DNA of 30,828 nucleotides. It comes from Candidatus Heimdallarchaeota archaeon (lineage in GTDB: Archaea; Asgardarchaeota; Heimdallarchaeia; Heimdallarchaeales; Heimdallarchaeaceae). Location of the stretch: assembly GCA_030668875.1 (NCBI GenBank), contig DAOVER010000033.1, positions 1-30,828 on the forward strand. Direction: 5' to 3'. Positions 28,181 through 30,828 of this stretch are shown here, piece by piece (within the stretch, counting starts at the first letter, position 1; each line of letters begins with the position of its first letter). The notes under the pieces are model-generated. The model did not search any database, was not told the origin of the DNA, and worked only from the letters and a program-made list of their open reading frames with translations. A program made the translations under genes and the position numbers.

Positions 28181-29164
28181 ATGATAAGAGACCCTATACA
28201 TGATATCAATGAAAGATTGACAGTAGTTGAAGGACCATCGGGAGATGGTGGAGAGAAAAACAGAGGGCATATTGTTGGAAAGGATTCTTTTGCAATTGTA
28301 AATACTGGAAAGCGTGGAACAATTGAAACTGTTTTCCGAGACGCTATCTTTAACAAAGGTAAGGATGTAAAAGATGTTAAGTACATCTTTTTGACACATG
28401 CATATCCAGATATTATGGGTGGTGTTTACAAACTAAAGAAACTTTTTCCAAGTGCTCAAGTTGCTATACATGAAAAACTGAAAGGCGTAATGGAAGACCC
28501 TAAGGGTGAATTACGCGCAATTAATTTTAAGTTTTCAAGAAAGGAACGTCTTTACTTTGCAGTGAAAAAAGATCCTTTTGATGATTTGGATAAATTTAAA
28601 CCTGACATTTATTTCAAGGATGGAGATAAATTCGATATTGGAGATACTAAAATCATGGTTGTGAATTTTGATGGGACAAGTTCTGGACATAGCATGTTCT
28701 TCTCTACAGCTGAACGTACTATGTTTACTGGGGATGCTTTGAATATTTATCCAGCCCTTCCAAGTAGTTACATCATAGATTACACTGGAAGTTATAAAAA
28801 ATGGTTCAAGAATATCGAATTCCTTGAAAAGGCGAAGATTTCCGTTTTATGTCCAGCTCATGATGGTTATCAAGAAGCTAGACATGTTTCTCCATACATT
28901 CGCGATGTTAAAGAAGCATTCATGCAATTTGAGAGTCAGCTCTTAATGGCTATGACCGAGCAAAAGTTTCTTACTCGAGACGAGTTAATTGAAAGAGTAC
29001 ATGCTTCACAAGGAATAGTTTGGTATCATCCCTATATGATGATAGCTCCAAAAGTGAATATGGAAGCACACCTCAATAAACTAATTGATGAGAAGAAGGT
29101 TCAGAAAAACGAGAAATCAGATCCGGTTACTTATACATATATTGGACCGAAAGACGAATTCTAG
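28181..29164 (+). CDS. Metallo-beta-lactamase-fold protein with degenerate metal site and a C-terminal helical (possibly winged-helix) domain
   Basis: VNTG, IFLTHAYPDIMGG, DGTSSGHS, FTGDAL, CPAHD. Start likely ATG 28181 behind GGTG. Confidence 0.85.
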   Translation: MIRDPIHDINERLTVVEGPSGDGGEKNRGHIVGKDSFAIVNTGKRGTIETVFRDAIFNKGKDVKDVKYIFLTHAYPDIMGGVYKLKKLFPSAQVAIHEKLKGVMEDPKGELRAINFKFSRKERLYFAVKKDPFDDLDKFKPDIYFKDGDKFDIGDTKIMVVNFDGTSSGHSMFFSTAERTMFTGDALNIYPALPSSYIIDYTGSYKKWFKNIEFLEKAKISVLCPAHDGYQEARHVSPYIRDVKEAFMQFESQLLMAMTEQKFLTRDELIERVHASQGIVWYHPYMMIAPKVNMEAHLNKLIDEKKVQKNEKSDPVTYTYIGPKDEF

Positions 29165-30351
29165 TAATTAGACAATGTCAAAACCTCTTTAACTAACTCA
29201 AGAGGATCTTCAATATTTTTTACATTAACCTGTGCAAATCCCTTATTTCCTCCTCCCTTTGAACCTGTCTTCTCAATTATTATGTCATTGATTTCTTTTG
29301 CGCTTAGCTCCTCATTTGTTGATATGAAGTAGAGAATAGCATTTCTGCCTAGAACTACTATAAGAAATCCTTTTTCCAATTCTCTTGCTGCTGATTGTAG
29401 AGCTTGTCTATCGATCTCAGGTAAGTTCAGGAAGACTATCTTTTTACCATTTATTTCTTGACTCCTAGAAGCTATCTCACTAAAAATCATTTTCAGGAGC
29501 CGAAGATTTCCTTCCTGCGTGATTTTGCCTTCATTTAATTTATTTATTAACATCTCAACAAGTTTTCCTCCACTTTTTGCTGTAACCTTTTCGAGATTTA
29601 TCATTAGAATTCTTTGTTTATTCACTCTATCGATTCCGTGTTTATCTATGAAGAATTTTAGTGAAATATCTTTGAAAGTATCAAGGAATATTCCTTTAAT
29701 TTCTGAAAGATTATTAACATGAACTCCTCCACAACAAGTTAAATCATAACCTTCTCCTTCTCCAAGTTGTATTAATCTCACAATATTTTCATTTGAGATT
29801 TTTCCTCTAGCAATGTCTCTATATTTTCTTTTGTATTCATCTTCATCCACAATGATAGAGATAACCTCAGCCCCCTCGCTTATTGATTTATTAGACTCTT
29901 GTAATACTTCTAATATCTCTGTTTCAGATAAGCTTCTTGAAATTTCAATGTCTATTTTTTCATCGTCAAAATTAGCTTTTAGTGTTTCAATATCAAATAA
30001 TCGTTTCAAGACATGTGAAATAAGGTGCTGAGAAGAATGAGATTTCATAAATGAATATCTTCTATCCCAATCTAGCTTAAGTAAAACTTCTACTCCTTCT
30101 TCTAAAACAGAATTTCCAACAGGATCAATCTGAAGCCAATTTCCATCCTCTCTTTTCTCTATACCTACAACTTTAACCTCTTGCTGTCGATATGCAATTA
30201 TTCCAAGATCTGATAATTGCCCTCCACCACCTGGATAAAACAGCATTTTATCTACCTTAACTTCGTTTTTATTTATTCTAATAATTTTTGCTACCACTTC
30301 TCTTTGATAAGGTGCACTCCAGTAAATGGGAGAAAAGTTCTTCATATTCAT
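29161..30351 (-). CDS. alaX: Alanyl-tRNA editing protein AlaX, long form with C-Ala/DHHA1 domain
   Basis: FYPGGGGQLSDLG, HSSQH (HxxxH), CCGGVH, KGGGNKGFAQ. Start likely ATG 30351 or 30345, not 30405. Overlaps the convergent MBL gene by 4 bp. Confidence 0.9.
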   Translation of the reverse strand: MNMKNFSPIYWSAPYQREVVAKIIRINKNEVKVDKMLFYPGGGGQLSDLGIIAYRQQEVKVVGIEKREDGNWLQIDPVGNSVLEEGVEVLLKLDWDRRYSFMKSHSSQHLISHVLKRLFDIETLKANFDDEKIDIEISRSLSETEILEVLQESNKSISEGAEVISIIVDEDEYKRKYRDIARGKISNENIVRLIQLGEGEGYDLTCCGGVHVNNLSEIKGIFLDTFKDISLKFFIDKHGIDRVNKQRILMINLEKVTAKSGGKLVEMLINKLNEGKITQEGNLRLLKMIFSEIASRSQEINGKKIVFLNLPEIDRQALQSAARELEKGFLIVVLGRNAILYFISTNEELSAKEINDIIIEKTGSKGGGNKGFAQVNVKNIEDPLELVKEVLTLSNY

Positions 30352-30387
30352 GAGTTGAATTAAAGAAAGAACGATAAAAAAATTATG

Positions 30388-30550
30388 CTTTAAACATTTT
30401 AACATTTATGATGTTCATTTGTCTTCTTGTCTTCTTGGACAAAGCTAGGTACATGTCGTGCTTAGAGCTCATGATATAGAGCGAAGACACTCTATACTCA
30501 CTCTTAGTGGATACATCACGTATCCTCCTACCCCGTTCACCTTGCGTTTA
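30388..30550 (-). ncRNA. Predicted TnpB omega-RNA, copy 2
   Basis: Same GGATAC/GTATCC hairpin (30509-30525) and an alternative-sequence hairpin TATAGAG-tgtcttcg-CTCTATA (30475-30496). Boundaries approximate. Confidence 0.7.
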
Positions 30551-30828
30551 GGCAAGGCTTTCGGATCGCTTTTTATCAATATATTATATGCGGCATTAAC
30601 GTCAGCATTGATCAAGTGGCCTTGAGCAGAACGAAACAACCCTCGGTGGATCCTTTTTCCCTTGTACTTTTTCCGTTCTTTAGGGAATTCATTATCCAGG
30701 AAACTGCTCTTGGAAGTGTATTGTTCAGGAATAGTCTCCACCTTTATCCCTTGCTCAGCTCCTTTGTACTTTAGGATATCGATGATTTTCAGGAAGGGGA
30801 TGGTGACGAACATCTGGGTGGTCTTTTT
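30408..30828 (-). mobile_element. Right end of a second related tnpB element (partial; runs off the window)
   Basis: Same terminal motif GACAA-gaa-GACAA-atgaa-CATCAT, ending at 30408; homology to copy 1 stops there. Confidence 0.88.
30469..30828 (-). CDS. tnpB: TnpB C-terminal part, copy 2 (partial)
   Basis: Frame open to the window edge (KKTTQMFVTIPF...). 97 of 110 residues identical to copy 1 by manual count; PEQYTS and NADVN intact. Confidence 0.93.
   Translation of the reverse strand, partial: KKTTQMFVTIPFLKIIDILKYKGAEQGIKVETIPEQYTSKSSFLDNEFPKERKKYKGKRIHRGLFRSAQGHLINADVNAAYNILIKSDPKALPKRKVNGVGGYVMYPLRVSIECLRSIS

Noticed and set aside
30352-30405. 18-aa N-terminal extension of AlaX in the ORF track
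   Set aside because: Covers the TATA-like box and T-tract; family similarity begins after MNMK.

Overview
AT-rich archaeal chromosomal region with mostly housekeeping, catabolic and cell-surface genes. The lineage is probably Asgard/Heimdallarchaeia-like; this is inferred from gene content (class III pilin signal, stand-alone ACD beta subunit, PDO, GGTGA/GGAGG ribosome-binding motifs, oligo-T terminators) and is not proven. About 22 genes are present. They include two right-handed beta-helix surface proteins, a ureohydrolase, a serine hydrolase, a CoA-disulfide reductase/NADH oxidase-like flavoprotein, and a membrane-anchored EEP hydrolase and metallophosphoesterase. Also present are hutU, a multi-Ig surface protein, a 917-aa pilin-like adhesin, ACD beta, parvulin, PDO, purB, a long TPR protein, NifU, a Zn-ribbon coiled-coil protein, a degenerate MBL protein and AlaX. 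Features the ORF track misses or mis-calls: (i) an internally deleted tryptophanase/tyrosine phenol-lyase pseudogene; (ii) a yjjX gene split by a 1434-bp tnpB-only element, whose empty site can be rebuilt in frame; (iii) a second related tnpB element running off the right edge. The two elements define symmetric ends around an AT dinucleotide (IS607-like geometry), a Fanzor-like rearranged RuvC site and a covarying omega-RNA hairpin. No CRISPR array, tRNA or rRNA was recognised.
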